Source: Anthoceros angustus
Lineage: Eukaryota > Plantae > Anthocerotophyta
NCBI GenBank assembly: GCA_010909165.1
Contig: VJWM01000044.1
Coordinates: 1,426,001 to 1,490,000, forward strand
Direction: 5' to 3'
Length of the DNA: 64,000 bases
Shown: positions 1 to 12,254 of the stretch, piece after piece
Position numbering within the stretch: the stretch's first letter is position 1
How the letters are laid out: each line of letters begins with the position of its first letter
The notes under the pieces: generated by a model
The model's input: only the letters and a program-made list of their open reading frames with translations
Databases searched by the model: none
Told to the model about the DNA's origin: nothing
Translations under genes and position numbers: made by a program

Positions 1-143
1 GTTACTCCTTTTTATTGCGACCCTTAGTGGCCTCCCCATGATGTCCTTTCGAGATGGGCTCGCTCCCTGTCACCTCTCCTCCTTCATTAACGTTTTATGC
101 TTTCCTAAAAGAAAATTTCATAACTGGTAATTTGCTCCTTATC

Positions 144-287
144 GACTACGTGGCAGATTGCTTTCGCCACTTCAAAGAGCTTTGAAAATTGAAGTGTATG
201 TGGAGAGGTTTCTCAGACTACGTGGCAGATTGCTTTCGCCACTTCAAAGAGCTTTGAAAATTGAAGTGTATGTGGAGAGGTTTCTCA
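144..287. repeat. Perfect 2 x 72-bp tandem duplication
   Basis: GACTACGTGGCAG...GAGGTTTCTCA occurs at 144-215 and again at 216-287. Each unit carries TACGTGGC (ABRE/G-box-like) and the palindrome TTCAAAGAGCTTTGAA. Confidence 0.9.
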
Positions 288-882
288 AAATAGTCACAAT
301 GACGCCATGAGTGTCCGAGATAGAAAAATCTAACCCCCTTTTCTATGCTAGTGTTATTTGCTCAACGTTTTCATAGAGCTTGAACTCAATGCATGATAAG
401 CACATAGAACATGACTACCGTTTGTCCAGAGCTACAGCCAGCCATCAAGATTTTTACAATTTTTTTCCCAGTCACCAGAGGCCTCAATTTACAAAAATAT
501 ATTTTTCTCCCACTCACCCGAGGGCTCAAAGTAGCTGAATGTACTCAGATTGAATAGGACACCATGGGTTACATTATCACAATCGTCTCGTACATGTGTA
601 CCGAAGGACCGGGTTTCCGCGCTTTGTTCCAATAAAGAGCTCTCGCTTTGCTTACACCTCGCCGATCACCGTCACTTTCAAATCATGGCAATTGGATTAA
701 GCTGGGAGCGCACTGCTTGGCTGTGGCGTCCGCAATTGCTAATAAACCATAGAATGAGGCCATCCTACCACACGAGCCGGATTTCTAGCAGGTCCAAATT
801 GTATCAAGGTACTACCTCTCCGGTGATAACAGGGTACAGACAGCCGTGATCCGTTCCAAGGCCTAGGCGCAGAGGCCGCAGG

Positions 883-1998
883 CTAATGGCCTTGCTTCTC
901 GTTCCAGTGCTGGAGAAGGTCCTTGCTAGCTTCGTAGGTCGACCAGCAGATGGCTGCGGCAGGGGTGTGGAACATCACACGTGGTCTCAAGCCCTTCCAC
1001 AGCGCCCATGTACCCTCGTGTGCTACAATCTTTCGAACAACATCCAAAATTGATGTGCTGTGAAAACGCTCCGCACCACAAACTCCCTGCATTCGCACAG
1101 CTGGTTCGTTAGGCCCAATTGCGTCCAGCTAGTCAAACAGAATTGCATCAAGAAAGGAGACCGACCGAGTGCTGGCACTTTATATGAGAGGTTAAATCTT
1201 GCAAAGTACCTGAGTTTGCAAACGTGTCTTCACAACATCCAAGGGCGTGGTGATAGCACTCGCAAGGGCTCCAGCCACCCCACCAGCCGTCATATGTGTA
1301 AATAAAGTTTCGTCATCTGACTGAGAGACAGCCTTCTTTGCTGCCTCATATGAAGCAAAATGCACAGCGGTGAACGGGATGTTCATCATGACTGTCGTCC
1401 TGTAAGATGCATAAAAGGCCCTAATACCCTCGTGCTTCAGCATCTGTCTGACGCAGTCTACAAGACCCCTGTAAGGACTTTGCTTCAGCTGCAACCTTTG
1501 CTTTACAACATCCATGGGAGTCAGAACTGCATCACTGGCTGTAGTTGCAACCGCCCCTGCCAATGCATGGGCAAAGGGATGATGGCCCTCCCTGTTACCT
1601 CCAAACTTCTCCTTGCAGACCTCATAGACTGAAAAGTAGACAGCATGTGCTGGTCCAGCTCCTAGTCCCATTGCTCCAATTCCTCTGTACAACCCTGAAG
1701 CACCCTCACTCTTCAGTATGGAAGAAAAAGCTCTCGACACTTGAGTTTTAGCACCAGGAGCGGACAAAACTTGCATGCGTGTCTTAACTGTATCAATAGG
1801 GAACATGGCCATGTGTTCCACCATTCCTGCTACAGATCCAGCGAGCATGTGCTGTTTAAACGTAACGTCATACGAAACTGGGTCTCTCCGTATTTGAGGG
1901 GATTGGTCGTCAATATCCTTCACTGCAACACCTTTGTCACCTGTATACCATTTCTGCCAACCGTTTGCCCCATTATCCTTCAGCACATCACCTTCCAT
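883..1998 (-). CDS. Mitochondrial carrier family protein, mitoferrin/MRS3-4 type iron transporter (2 exons: 1998-1211, 1086-883)
   Basis: Three carrier signature motifs (PIDTVKTRMQ, PMDVVKQRLQ, PLDVVKTRLQ) and the mitoferrin-typical HMLAGSVAGMVEHMAMFP and GAGPAHAVYFSVYE. A GT-AG intron 1210-1087 joins RLQTQ to GVCGAE. Confidence 0.9.
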
Positions 1999-1999
1999 T

Positions 2000-2960
2000 T
2001 CCTCTTTGTACCATTTCTGCCAATAAAACGCCGGAGTGAGCTAATACACAAGACAAGAACCGCGACAACTGACAAAGACACCTAAATAGTAAGCCACACA
2101 CCAGAAGCCCAAACTCGGAGAACCTCTGGGAGACCTGGCCTACCCAGTAACCACCAAGGAAGAGATGCATCTCCTTGATCGATGCTTCCTGCGGGTCTGT
2201 TCCCACCTGCCGCAAACGCCTTTCCATGTCAAAACAGTGAATGAATCAGCTTTCATTCCGCAGCATGAACAACTTTAACCTACTACGATTTCGGACTTGG
2301 TAGAGAGAAGCAATCACCTTAGTGTCATCTTCAGCGTCCTTGACATCTTCAACAGTGGAGCCCTTCTTTGCTATCAAATTTATGCATTCTTTCTCTGCTC
2401 CACCCTCCTGGGCAGTTGCCTTGTCCATTGCGTCGATGAGGGACCTTCCCGCACCATCCTCGCCCGGGGAACCCATCTATTCGTAAAAGCACCGTTCACA
2501 AACTTCGCTGCTCGTCATGCTAAGATGGGGCTCACCTCGTCGCTATTCTCAGGGCCTGAGCAATCTTCCCCTCCTACAAAGGTTGCCGGATGTGCGATAA
2601 TCAGTCGCTAACAATCAACCTTCAAATATGGGAATCAACCATTGTCACCCAATACTCGTGTCTCCATTCTCCTCCGAGGCCCCGAGACAGGAGTCCCCCG
2701 TCCCTCACCTATCTGGCCTTCTAACAGAAATGAATAAAGGCGCCCTGAGCACTCCGCCGCTAGCGATGAATAAGGCAACGCTTCAACCCCTGTTGAAAAG
2801 TCTTGAGGGCAGCACTTCCTTCATGCGCAAATTGCATACGCAATTCCTCTGTAACGTCACAATAAACATCAGCGTAAGGCTCAACAGACGTCGTGTAGGG
2901 CTTATGCAGGACTCATGCTGGTGCCAGATCATCTGGGCAGAGAGCAAATTCTGGCTGGGC
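2000..2960 (-). CDS. Putative short coding exons of unknown function upstream of the carrier, or an N-terminal extension of it
   Basis: Canonical splice sites delimit exon-like pieces reading VEALPYSSLAAECSGRLYSFLLEGQI / GGEDCSGPENSDE / MGSPGEDGAGRSLIDAMDKATAQEGGAEKECINLIAKKG...IASLYQ / VGTDPQEASIKEMHLFLGGYW / KWYKEE. No family recognised and the 5' end is unresolved. Confidence 0.35.
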
Positions 2961-3450
2961 TGGACCGCTGGAATGCAGCAAACAAGTAAAAACTTCACAC
3001 GCACGCGCTAGTGACCATCCAACCTCCACCCATAGCCGATGCATTCTACACACGGATATCGGAAAGACAAAGACAGAAGTCCACAGATGCAAGCTTTGCA
3101 CACAGAATTGGCCCGGTATCCAAATGGGACAAGCATTTCACCGGAGCAGCTGAGCGGAAGCAGCGCGGGATCAGCAGCCAACGAGACAAAGTGCAGTGGC
3201 CAGAGACATCCATAAGTGGTGAGTCCGAGGCCATTCTGGACACGAGTAGATTACAGTGTGTACCTGGGGCGGTGTGCTGCGCCCAAATGCAGCCAGCCCC
3301 GGCCGGCCCCGAAGCTTTCCACGGCCGCATTCTTATGCCCCTGCCAAGCTCAAGTATCACGACTGCTTAACCGGTAACATTCCCGCCACTCCGGTGATCA
3401 GCCGGTGTCTGGGCATTTGAGGGAGCGTCTATTTCTACTAGGAGCCGTTC

Positions 3451-5406
3451 TCATTGGCCAGGGTTGGCTGGCTGGGTTGCTGGAATTAACTCACAAGCCA
3501 CCTGATGCACTTCAGGTTTGGACGTGGTGCCCAATTCCAAGTCCACCGCATGGCATACGCAGACAATGTGGATTGCTTGCTGCAGGACGGATGCGCAAAA
3601 ACTGAAGAGCACTAGAAATGGTGTCAGTAGCAGTAGCATCCAAACTGCCTGCGGGAAGTGGAGATCTTGATTCTTGAGAAGAGTCAGGATAACGAACGCC
3701 GTCTGCATACGGGAGGGAGTTTCGGTTAGTCAAGCGGATGACATGTAGCCTTCCTTCGAAATGCAGTCAGGACAGCGTTCTTGTTCTTCACTCGGGACTT
3801 ACCATCACCAACGCGCACCAAAGTACGGGGCCCAAAGCTGCAAGCCCGGGGAACTTATGGTCTATCGCTGGCGCAAGGAGATTCCTGTCCAGGAGATCGA
3901 CTGCCAGCCTATTAGAGGAGTGAAGGTCCTCTCCTGAGATGGCTGCAAAGATGATGCCCAAGCTCTGTGTAGTTCGAGCTGTGCTGCTAGGGCTTGATCT
4001 TTGATGGAGTACCCTGAGGGCCCAGTCGTGGAGGAGCAGAAATGGACGCAGGATCTGAAGTAGGCCAGAAAGGCAGAGGGTGCCGAAGGATGTACTGAAT
4101 GCAAACCTGAAAAAACCAACATGACTTACTGTAACAAGCAACAAAAGTCGTGGAAGTGAGCCTGCGAGGCAGCTGTGCCTGAGGATGTACTGATCCAAGA
4201 AACTAGAAACCAGCACTGCTTTTCAAACACACACTACAGACAAGTTCAAAGGGTTGAAAAGAGAAGACCACTTCCTTGCAAGTTTCAGAAGCCTTACATC
4301 AGGGCTCGCATAGTATGTTGAAGAGACCTCCGCAGGCCTTCATCTTTTGCAAAGTACCACTGCCCAATGGCTCCACTCACAGCAAATTTTTCAACCGCAT
4401 GTAACACACAGACAGCCCATAGAATACAGAAGCTGCCTAACAGGCAGAGACTGTAGAAGATAAGGCCAACTTGTACCTCACCAGGCTGCACGCAACAAGT
4501 TTTCTGGGATGGCAAGGAACCGCATACATCTCCAGGAAGTAGTTTTGGATTAAGCACAGGGTTGTATGGTGACAATTGGATGAGGAAGAAGACAGCAAAT
4601 AAAAGCACAAGATAGAGAAGGGTGAGAACGACCGGAATAATGAGGAAGATCCCAGAATTTCCTGAACAGACATAAGCAGCTAAGGCGGTAAGCTTAACTG
4701 AGTACTGCTGCAGTGTACAGGACTCTCTTGACATGAGTAAGGTAGACTCCTTTCTGGCTCCTGCCAGGAATAGAGAACAAAGGATCCCGACAATTCCAAT
4801 ACAGACAAAACGTAGTTTGCAGCTAGAAAGCACGAATGTGAGACTACTATCGGAGGACTGTAGGAGAGTGGGTGAAACCCCACACTGCGCAGTTAGTGAT
4901 AGCAAGACCAGGTCAACCACTACGAGAAGAGAAGCTGCAGAGAGCAAAGAGTGAAGTTTCCTTGAGTACGTCTTTGTCATCCATACAAACGACATGCCAA
5001 CAGGAAGCCCGCCAAACACAACAAACACAAGAACCCCGAGGAAGATGAGAAGCAAAGGTAACCTCCAGGGACCCCGGCCGAAAGCACTGGTGACGACGTT
5101 CGAGTTCCCCGGCTCAAACGTACCAACAGAGACACCTAACCGATTTGCCAAAGCCCGATAGCTAATAGGACAGATATCATCAGGACTCAACATCAAGGTC
5201 TTCCACACGATCGAGTAGCCCTCTCCAGAGCTCCAAAGCGATGTTTGGTACAGTCCAAGGGCAGCTGTTGCAGAAATCAGAATCAGGAACGCCCATGCAA
5301 ATCCTTTATCTCGACAAGGCCTCTGCCTCACGTCCAGAAGAGAGGCATGAAAATCGCGAGACAGTAGCGGTGCCGAGGCTGACTGCAGACAATCCGAATG
5401 CTCCAT
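3451..5406 (-). CDS. Choline transporter-like (CTL/SLC44, plasma-membrane choline transporter family) protein, multi-exon
   Basis: Multi-TM ORFs 4294-5418, 3788-4216 and 3451-3708 carry the CTL-type motifs FAVSGAIGQWYF and IIFAAISGEDLHSSNRLAVDLLDRN. The C-terminus CVCHAVDLELGTTSKPEVHQV parallels the + strand paralog. Confidence 0.75.
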
Positions 5407-5921
5407 ACCTGCATGCACAGGCAGTTTACCAGAACAAGAACCCCAAAATTACACTCCAAACCGAGAGCAGCAACCTGACATCGAGCTCCCCTACTCACCG
5501 TCTCCTCGAATTCCGTTAAGTCATCACACCAATTTTGCACGTCCAGCAATGGATTTTGACATTTCAACAACCGCAGTCCGGACACAGACGTGTCCTGGTA
5601 CTTTTGTCACCGGAGAAAAGAAACCAATATTGCCTCCAACTGACGGCAAGGTTGCATCTGAGATAGCAACTGAGGGAGCCGGACAGCGACCGCCAGGAAA
5701 TGTTCGGATATGCTCGCTCCGCTCAGCGGCCGGGCTGAGGTGGCAGCAACGTACTCTAACGCGCATTTCTTGTGTCACAGTAACTTGCCATTCACAAAGG
5801 GAGCGTGAAAGCGATATGGTGGAATTGTAATCCGCACTGCAGCTCAATGGTGTCTTCCACTTGCTTACATAAGTCAGAAGGAGCATGAATTCACCTAGCC
5901 TGGTCGGAGCAATCGACAGAA

Positions 5922-6539
5922 ATGGCGGGCAAGCGGGGATGGAGCGTCTGGATGATGCTCACTGTGATTGCCGCGGCACTCTTCTTACAAACTCCACCAG
6001 CGGCCAAGTGTGAGGCGTACACAATCGATTTCAGCTACTTCGCGCATGTTACACCTGACAGTGAGAAAAATCCTTCTGGTTCCTACATCCACGATCCAGT
6101 GGCAGGCCAGGAAGCCACCCTGTTCGGGGCCGAGCGAGTGTTCGAGGCCCCGCTCACAGTCGCAGAGGATCGCGCCTCCACCGCCATCGGCTGGTGCCGA
6201 GGAAACGTTATTTTTGATAGTTTTGACGCACGCGTGGGCGTGGAACTGTACTGGAGCTCATACTTCTATGGAAGCAACGGGAGCGACGTTTCTTTCCCTT
6301 CTGGCTTGAAGATCAAGGCCGGGAGCGGGATCTTCTTCCGTGGATTTCACTACGATAGTGAGAGTAGGTGGGAGCTGGCTGTAGCGGGAGGCACCAAGAG
6401 CTTTCGTTTCTGTAAAGGATTCGCGTTGGAAAGCGCGTTGCCTGTGACCAGTCCGACCTTCAGTAGTTATCGCCTGGACATGAAGCTTCGGTGCGACGAC
6501 GAACCGGACGGATCAAAGCTTTGGGATATTCGTGGCTGA
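5922..6539 (+). CDS. Secreted dirigent-like protein (divergent)
   Basis: N-terminal signal peptide. FGAERVFEAPLT...IGWCRG and WELAVAGGTKSFRFCKGFA match the dirigent motifs FGxxxVxDDxLT...VGRAQG and ExxVVGGTGxFRxARGYA. Single exon. Confidence 0.7.
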   Translation: MAGKRGWSVWMMLTVIAAALFLQTPPAAKCEAYTIDFSYFAHVTPDSEKNPSGSYIHDPVAGQEATLFGAERVFEAPLTVAEDRASTAIGWCRGNVIFDSFDARVGVELYWSSYFYGSNGSDVSFPSGLKIKAGSGIFFRGFHYDSESRWELAVAGGTKSFRFCKGFALESALPVTSPTFSSYRLDMKLRCDDEPDGSKLWDIRG

Positions 6540-6994
6540 TGTGTAAAATGTTTAATGTGGCTTTTACAAATTGAAACTGAATAAAGTGTGTGATCCTGCT
6601 TATCTTCTGCGCTGCTGCCAAGGACGGCAGCCTAACTTGTTGCGGAAGTTCTCATCCTTGTTGTGCCAATTTGGGCGAAGAAGCTGCACGGTGATCAGCT
6701 CCTCCGCTTTGTTGGGTGCGGTTACCTTGAATTCGCATCGCTGCTTGCTGGTGGGTGAATTGCCTGTTTTTGGTATTTGCAAGTCCTCGAGCTCGGTGGA
6801 TCTGTGGGAGTGCGGATTTGGATGGGCTTGGGGTGGTTTTGTTGGGGTTAGAGCTGTCTTTGGTGGAGGTGAGCCTATGGCCGCTGGATTTTCATACTAC
6901 GATCCATAAGGTGGTAACGGCGTGATGCCCCATGCTGATGAGCTCTCTGTCGTGTGTGCTAGGTGTGAAGACTTTGCATTCTCGGGGGCTTGTC

Positions 6995-9184
6995 ATGGCT
7001 GTGCCAGGGGGCGACGACAGCAGGCAGAAGTCTTCGTATAACGCGGAGACTTCAGGTGAGGATGGGGCGGATGAGTCCATGAAGCACCCACTGCTGGCAC
7101 CTCGGCCAGTCGAAGCGAGCAAGTCAAGGCCCAGTAAGTCTTCCGCAGATGAGCATGACGACCAGAGCTACGGTTACCCTGACTTGGAAGCTGGGGGTGT
7201 CTCCTTGGACAGCTCTTTGCTCCCAGAGAACGTCAAGTTGACTGGCTATGTGAACGAGTCTGTCAGGAGCTACAAGGATGTGCCCTTTGCGGTAGCTTTC
7301 CTGGTTGTGATTGGTCTCGTAGTATTGGGGGGCCTTGTGGCGCTCAACACAGGTGATCACCAGTTTCACAGGTACCATGATGATTATGTCAGGCAGCATT
7401 CCTTTGTCAACGACCAGGGGATGTGTTCTGTGAAACATCCTTCTTTCCTCACGCCGGGAGAGGATGTGACCGTGTTCAAGGATAGCTTCGACCCTCTTAG
7501 GCTACCATTGCAGGTCCATGGATACAGAGGACACAGAGATTACCGGACAGGGAGAGATCATGATGATTCTCCTGGCTTGGTGGGATTGATTATCGGGAGC
7601 ACCGTTCTGCTTACCATGCTAGTGGTGAGTGTGGGTGCAGCATTGGGAATAGGTATGGGCTGCAACTGGCTGTTTAAGAAGTACACTGAGGAGATTGCGA
7701 CTTGGGTCATTCCTGGGTTTCTGATAACGTGCATACTGCTGTTGTTGGGGGGTGCAACCATGTCAGGGAATGGTGCACAGTCCTGGCTGTTACTGATTTT
7801 TGCGTTAGGCTGCTGTGTATCTCTTGTGTTGCTTCTCCGCCGCAGCAGACTCTCCAACATTGATCTGTCCATCAGGATTTTGAAGGTCGCTTCACAGTCT
7901 ATTAGCGACAATCTGCAGCTGCTGAGCGTTATGCTGTACTTGCTCAGTGCTGGCATAGCTATATTAGCTTTAGTGTCTATCTTCATGGCTGGTACCTTCA
8001 ACCATCACTCTGTTCTCGTCCCCAATCCTGATCTTGTACCCGGAGCTTCATGTGGTGGCGAGGATCTGGATGTTGTACCATGCTGCGTCAGAGTCCTGGA
8101 GGACTGGACCAAATTCTACGCTGGAGTCCTTGGAGTTTTCAGCATCTGGACTCTCTTCTTATTGAAACAGCTTCATACATATGCTATCAGTGGAACAGTG
8201 GGACAGTGGTACTTTGCTCCCAGCGGATCCAGTTCCGTCCATTTTACCACGTCTGCCATGAGGTAAAGCCCAACTCCATGCTTCCCCTTTGGCTTATGAA
8301 TTTTGTTTGCCGAACAGCTCTTCTTATCTTGTGACTGGCTCCGATTCAGGAACGGTGTAGGGAAATCCTTTGGAACTTTGTGCTGTGCTAGCCTCATGTC
8401 CAGCGTCATCTACGTCGTGAGGTTACTGGCGTCGAGGTTGCCTGGAAGAGACGGTTGTCAGAGTGTTGTTGCCATCTTTACCAGGTGACATTTCGAAGCA
8501 TGTCCTATCTATTGCCTACGTCTTCCCACGAACGACTTCTAAAGAGTTGTGTGACATGTCCAGATGTTGTCTAAGCTGCCTCGAGGAAATGGTGTCCTTC
8601 TTCACCAGATTCACTGTGAGCTTCGCAGCCATCACAGGGGAGAGCTTCCTGTCATCTGCCAAGCTTACCGTCAACCTCCTCAAACGCAACTTTCGCTCAA
8701 CTGTTGTGGTGGATCTGTTTGCCGACTACGTCCTTAAGCTATATGCCTTCCTTTGTATTGTGACTACGACTTTGGTAAGTCTGTAGAGATGTCTCTCTTC
8801 TTTGCTGATTGCATGTTCGATGACCCGCTTGCTGATGGAATCATTGGGTGGTCCAAATCTCAGGTGCTGTTTGGCGTGATCCAATTGACATCTTTATTTA
8901 TCCATATTGAGCCAGACGTGGACAGAATCACCGGTCTCCAGATAACGCTCATGTTTACAAGGGTGATCCTGATGTTGGTCCTTTGGGCGTCATGGTACGT
9001 GCTGCTCTGGTTCGTCTCAGCAACACGGATAGCGGTGGACACCATTTTCATTTGCTTCGCACTCGACAAGGAAGTGGGCAAAGTCTCAAAGCCAGAGGCG
9101 CATGAAGTTTACGTCCTACTTCCCTCATCTGATCCTGATGCAGCGAACCTGGCCGTTGGCCTCTCTTCCACCAGGCGCTCCTAG
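6995..9184 (+). CDS. Choline transporter-like (CTL/SLC44) protein, 4 coding exons (introns ~8263-8348, ~8485-8550, ~8775-8861)
   Basis: YAISGTVGQWYF, SFGTLCCASL, FAAITGESFLSSAKLTVNLLKRN and IAVDTIFICFALD are all CTL-family motifs, and the protein has many TM segments. Confidence 0.8.
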
Positions 9185-9639
9185 TTGTGGTCCTTGGTAT
9201 TGTAATGTAGTCCATAATACATAGTACATATCTTGTAAATTATTGGGGATGCTCCATAATACGTGTACATCATTGGGGACGCTCTCAGGGCATCGGCAGA
9301 GTTCCAGATCTTAGCTTGTACTTCCCCCTTCTGCTCTCTTACAGAAGGGGGACGTAGGGGTTGTATGCAGGGCTTTGAGGGCATCATCGTACTACCCCCT
9401 AATGGGACGCAATTATGAGCATTTACTTCCCAGTGGGTAGACGGTGTATGCATGCCGATGTACTGGATATCGGGGTTAAGCCAGATTTGTTTGTTCGTAG
9501 TGGCTTGGTGGAAATGTATGCGAAGTTTTGACGTTTTCATTGCGTCCGATTTGTTGGCTGCAGTTACCGCGACTACACACATTGCCGATGCGTGACTTGT
9601 CTGTCTGGTTTTGGTGCTTTCAAGTCCATGAGCTTGTGG

Positions 9640-10990
9640 AGGCTGTATATGTGTCTGAATGGGGATTTGTATCTGTGTGAGTGGGTGGAGCTTTTGTCGG
9701 GGGCAAGAGCTTTCTTTGGTTGAGGTGAGCTGCTTAATTGCAATTGCATTTGCATTCCATGATTCATAAGCTGGTGATGCCCAAAGCTGATGGGCTCTTT
9801 GTCATGTGTGCTAGGTGTGGAGACTTCAATTCTCGGTGGCTTGATACATTTCAGGAGCTTGTGTTGCTGATGTACTGAAGGGGAGCCTGGCATGGTGGTT
9901 CCGCACCCACTGCTGGCACCTGGGCCTGTCGAAGGGAGCAAATCAAGGCCCAGTGCGTCCTCCGCAGGTGAGCCCGTCGACCAGAGCTACGGTTACCCTG
10001 ACTCGGAAGCCGCGGGTGTCTCCTCGGACAGCCCTTTGCTCCCAGAGAACGTCAAGCTGACCGGCTCTGTGGACGGGACCTGGTCTGTTAGGAGGTTCAA
10101 GGATGTTTGTTCTGACAGTAGTAGTGTGGTGGTGCTCAACGCAAGTATTCAGTACGCCAGGCACCATTCCTTTGTCAACAACAAGGGGATGTGTTTCGTG
10201 AAACCTACTCCGTTCCTCACGCCGGGCGGGGATGCGACCGTGTTCGAGGTATCTTCGACGGTATGTTGGACCCTCTTGTGTTCCAGGATATCTTGCACCG
10301 TCTTGGGCTCCTAAGGCCAGTCCATGGATATAAGGGACACACAGATCGCCGAGAAGGGGGCAGATATCATGATGGTGCTCCTGGCGTGGTGGGAGTGATT
10401 ATATTCCGGTGCGCTATCCTGCTCTCCTTGCTGGTGGTGAGCGTGGGTGCAGCACTGGGAATATGTCTGGGCTACATCTGGCTGTTGAAGAGGTACACTG
10501 AGAAGATCGCAACGTGGGTCATTCCTGGGTTTCTGATGACGTGCGTACTGCTGTCGTTGGTGGGTGTAACCCTGTCAGGGAATGGTGCACAGTACTGGCT
10601 GGTACTGATTTTTCCGTTAGGATGGGGTGTCTCTCTTGTGTTGCTTCTGTTCCGCAGCAGACTTCGCCACGTTGATCAGTCCCTGATGATTTTGATCAAG
10701 GTTTCATATTCTATTAGCGCCAATCTGCAAATGCTGAATGTGAGGATACTGCATATGCTCAGTGGTCGCATAGCTTTGCCAGCTTTAATGGTGGTCTTCT
10801 TTGGTGGTAAAACCGAACATCACCCTTTCCTCGTCCCCACAAACAGGACGTTGACAGTATCACCGGTCTCCAGATAATGCTCATGTATACAAGGGTGATC
10901 CTGTTTTTCGTCCTGTTGGATGTCATGGCAAGTGCTTCTTTTGTGGCTCTTAACACTGCAGACAGGGTTGGCCGTCCTTTTCGACTGCTC
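9640..10990 (+). pseudogene. Decayed tandem duplicate of the + strand CTL-like gene
   Basis: HPLLAPGPVEGSKSRPS...SYGYPDSEAAGVSSDSPLLPENVKLTG is close to the 7080-7250 sequence. The copy has frameshifts (ORFs 9892-10314, 10191-10877, 10877-11083) and jumps from the ~8010 homolog to the ~8920 homolog, an internal deletion of about 900 bp. Confidence 0.8.
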
Positions 10991-11313
10991 ACACTGGAAG
11001 CCACAAGAAGAAGAGAATATATGACCGTCTTTGGACCAAAAAGGATACTTGTGCAGCATGTAAAACAATACCATCTGAACTAGTTCAGAACTGAACTAAA
11101 ACCTCCTCAGCTGGACTAGATAAAAGCTAAACTGAAACTTGAAGTCTCTAGCACCATGATCACCGATGACATTTAGGGCTTAATCTAAGGCGTAGACGCT
11201 GTTCGTCTTTTCTAGCGGCGGCCGCCATCTTCGACCTCAGCTGAGCGGGGCGAGAAGGTTTGTGCTTGGTACGCGGAGCTCGTTTCTGGGCAGCATTAGT
11301 GAGGAACGCAGCC

Positions 11314-12168
11314 ATGAAGACTATCAAAGCGTCTCAGACTATGGACATCCCAGCCGGCGTGAAGCTGGAGATTAGGGCCAAGAAGGTGCGGGATGGTTGT
11401 GAGGGGGTCAAAGGAGTGGCGTGGTGAAGCTTGATATTGACTTGTCTCGTGGTCGTGGCGCTCCAGGTCCGAGTGACAGGGCCGCGGGGTGTCTTGCTGC
11501 GTGACTTCAAGCATCTTAACCTGGACTTCCAGATTATTGAGAACGGCACCAAGCTGCAGGTGGATGCCTGGTTCGGGAACCGGAAGACGACGGCTGCTAT
11601 CCGCACCGCCATCAGTCATGTGAACAACCTGTTCATCGGAGTTACCAAGGGCTACCGCTACAGGATGCGGTTTGTGTATGCCCATTTCCCCATCAACGCT
11701 AGCATCTCCGTGGAGAAGGACAACATCGAGATCAGGAACTTTTTGGGGGAGAAGAAGGTGAGGATTTCCGACCGGAATCTGTGGTTCCTGGCTCAGGTCG
11801 AGGGTTTTCTGTTCGCTCGTGGCCCTTTTATGATGACATGGACGTGTGGCAGGTCCGCAAGGTGGACATGCTTGGTGGTGTCACAGTTACAAGGTCTGAG
11901 AAGACGAAGGACGAGCTGATTCTTGAGGGCAACGACATTGAGCTCGTTTCGAGATCAGCAGCACTAATCAACCAGGTTCGAGTCTTCTCCCTTGTGTTCT
12001 GGGCATTGTCCGCTGTGGTTTGTATTGTTTAGCTTGCGAGACCTTGTAACCCTGGTGTCTGGTTTCTGCTTACAGGTCTGTCATGTGAAGAAGAAAGACA
12101 TTCGGAAATTTTTAGACGGGATTTATGTCAGCGAGAAAGGAACTATCGCTGATGAAGAGAACTCTTAG
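11314..12168 (+). CDS. RPL9: 60S ribosomal protein L9 (uL6); exons 11314-11385, 11467-11757, 11853-11975, 12076-12168
   Basis: [16 protein letters not shown]..., [55 protein letters not shown] and [18 protein letters not shown]. All introns are GT-AG. Confidence 0.97.
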
Positions 12169-12254
12169 GCAGATTTGTTATGGAGGATTTTTTGCGAGGG
12201 GTTGTCGGACGTGGAATGCTGTGCCCAACGTTGTGTACTGTTATTCGCATATCA

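Noticed and set aside
1-11. The window begins with GTTACT, the right terminus of the non-canonical LTR family
   Set aside because: Only 6 bp are visible; the upstream body and left TSD lie outside the window, so it cannot be told from chance.
2850-2960. In-frame TGA in ...PDDLAPA*VLHKPYTTSVEPYADVYCDV..., suggesting selenocysteine or readthrough
   Set aside because: Land plants lack the Sec machinery, there is no redox motif context, and nearby GT/AG sites explain it more simply as intron or UTR.
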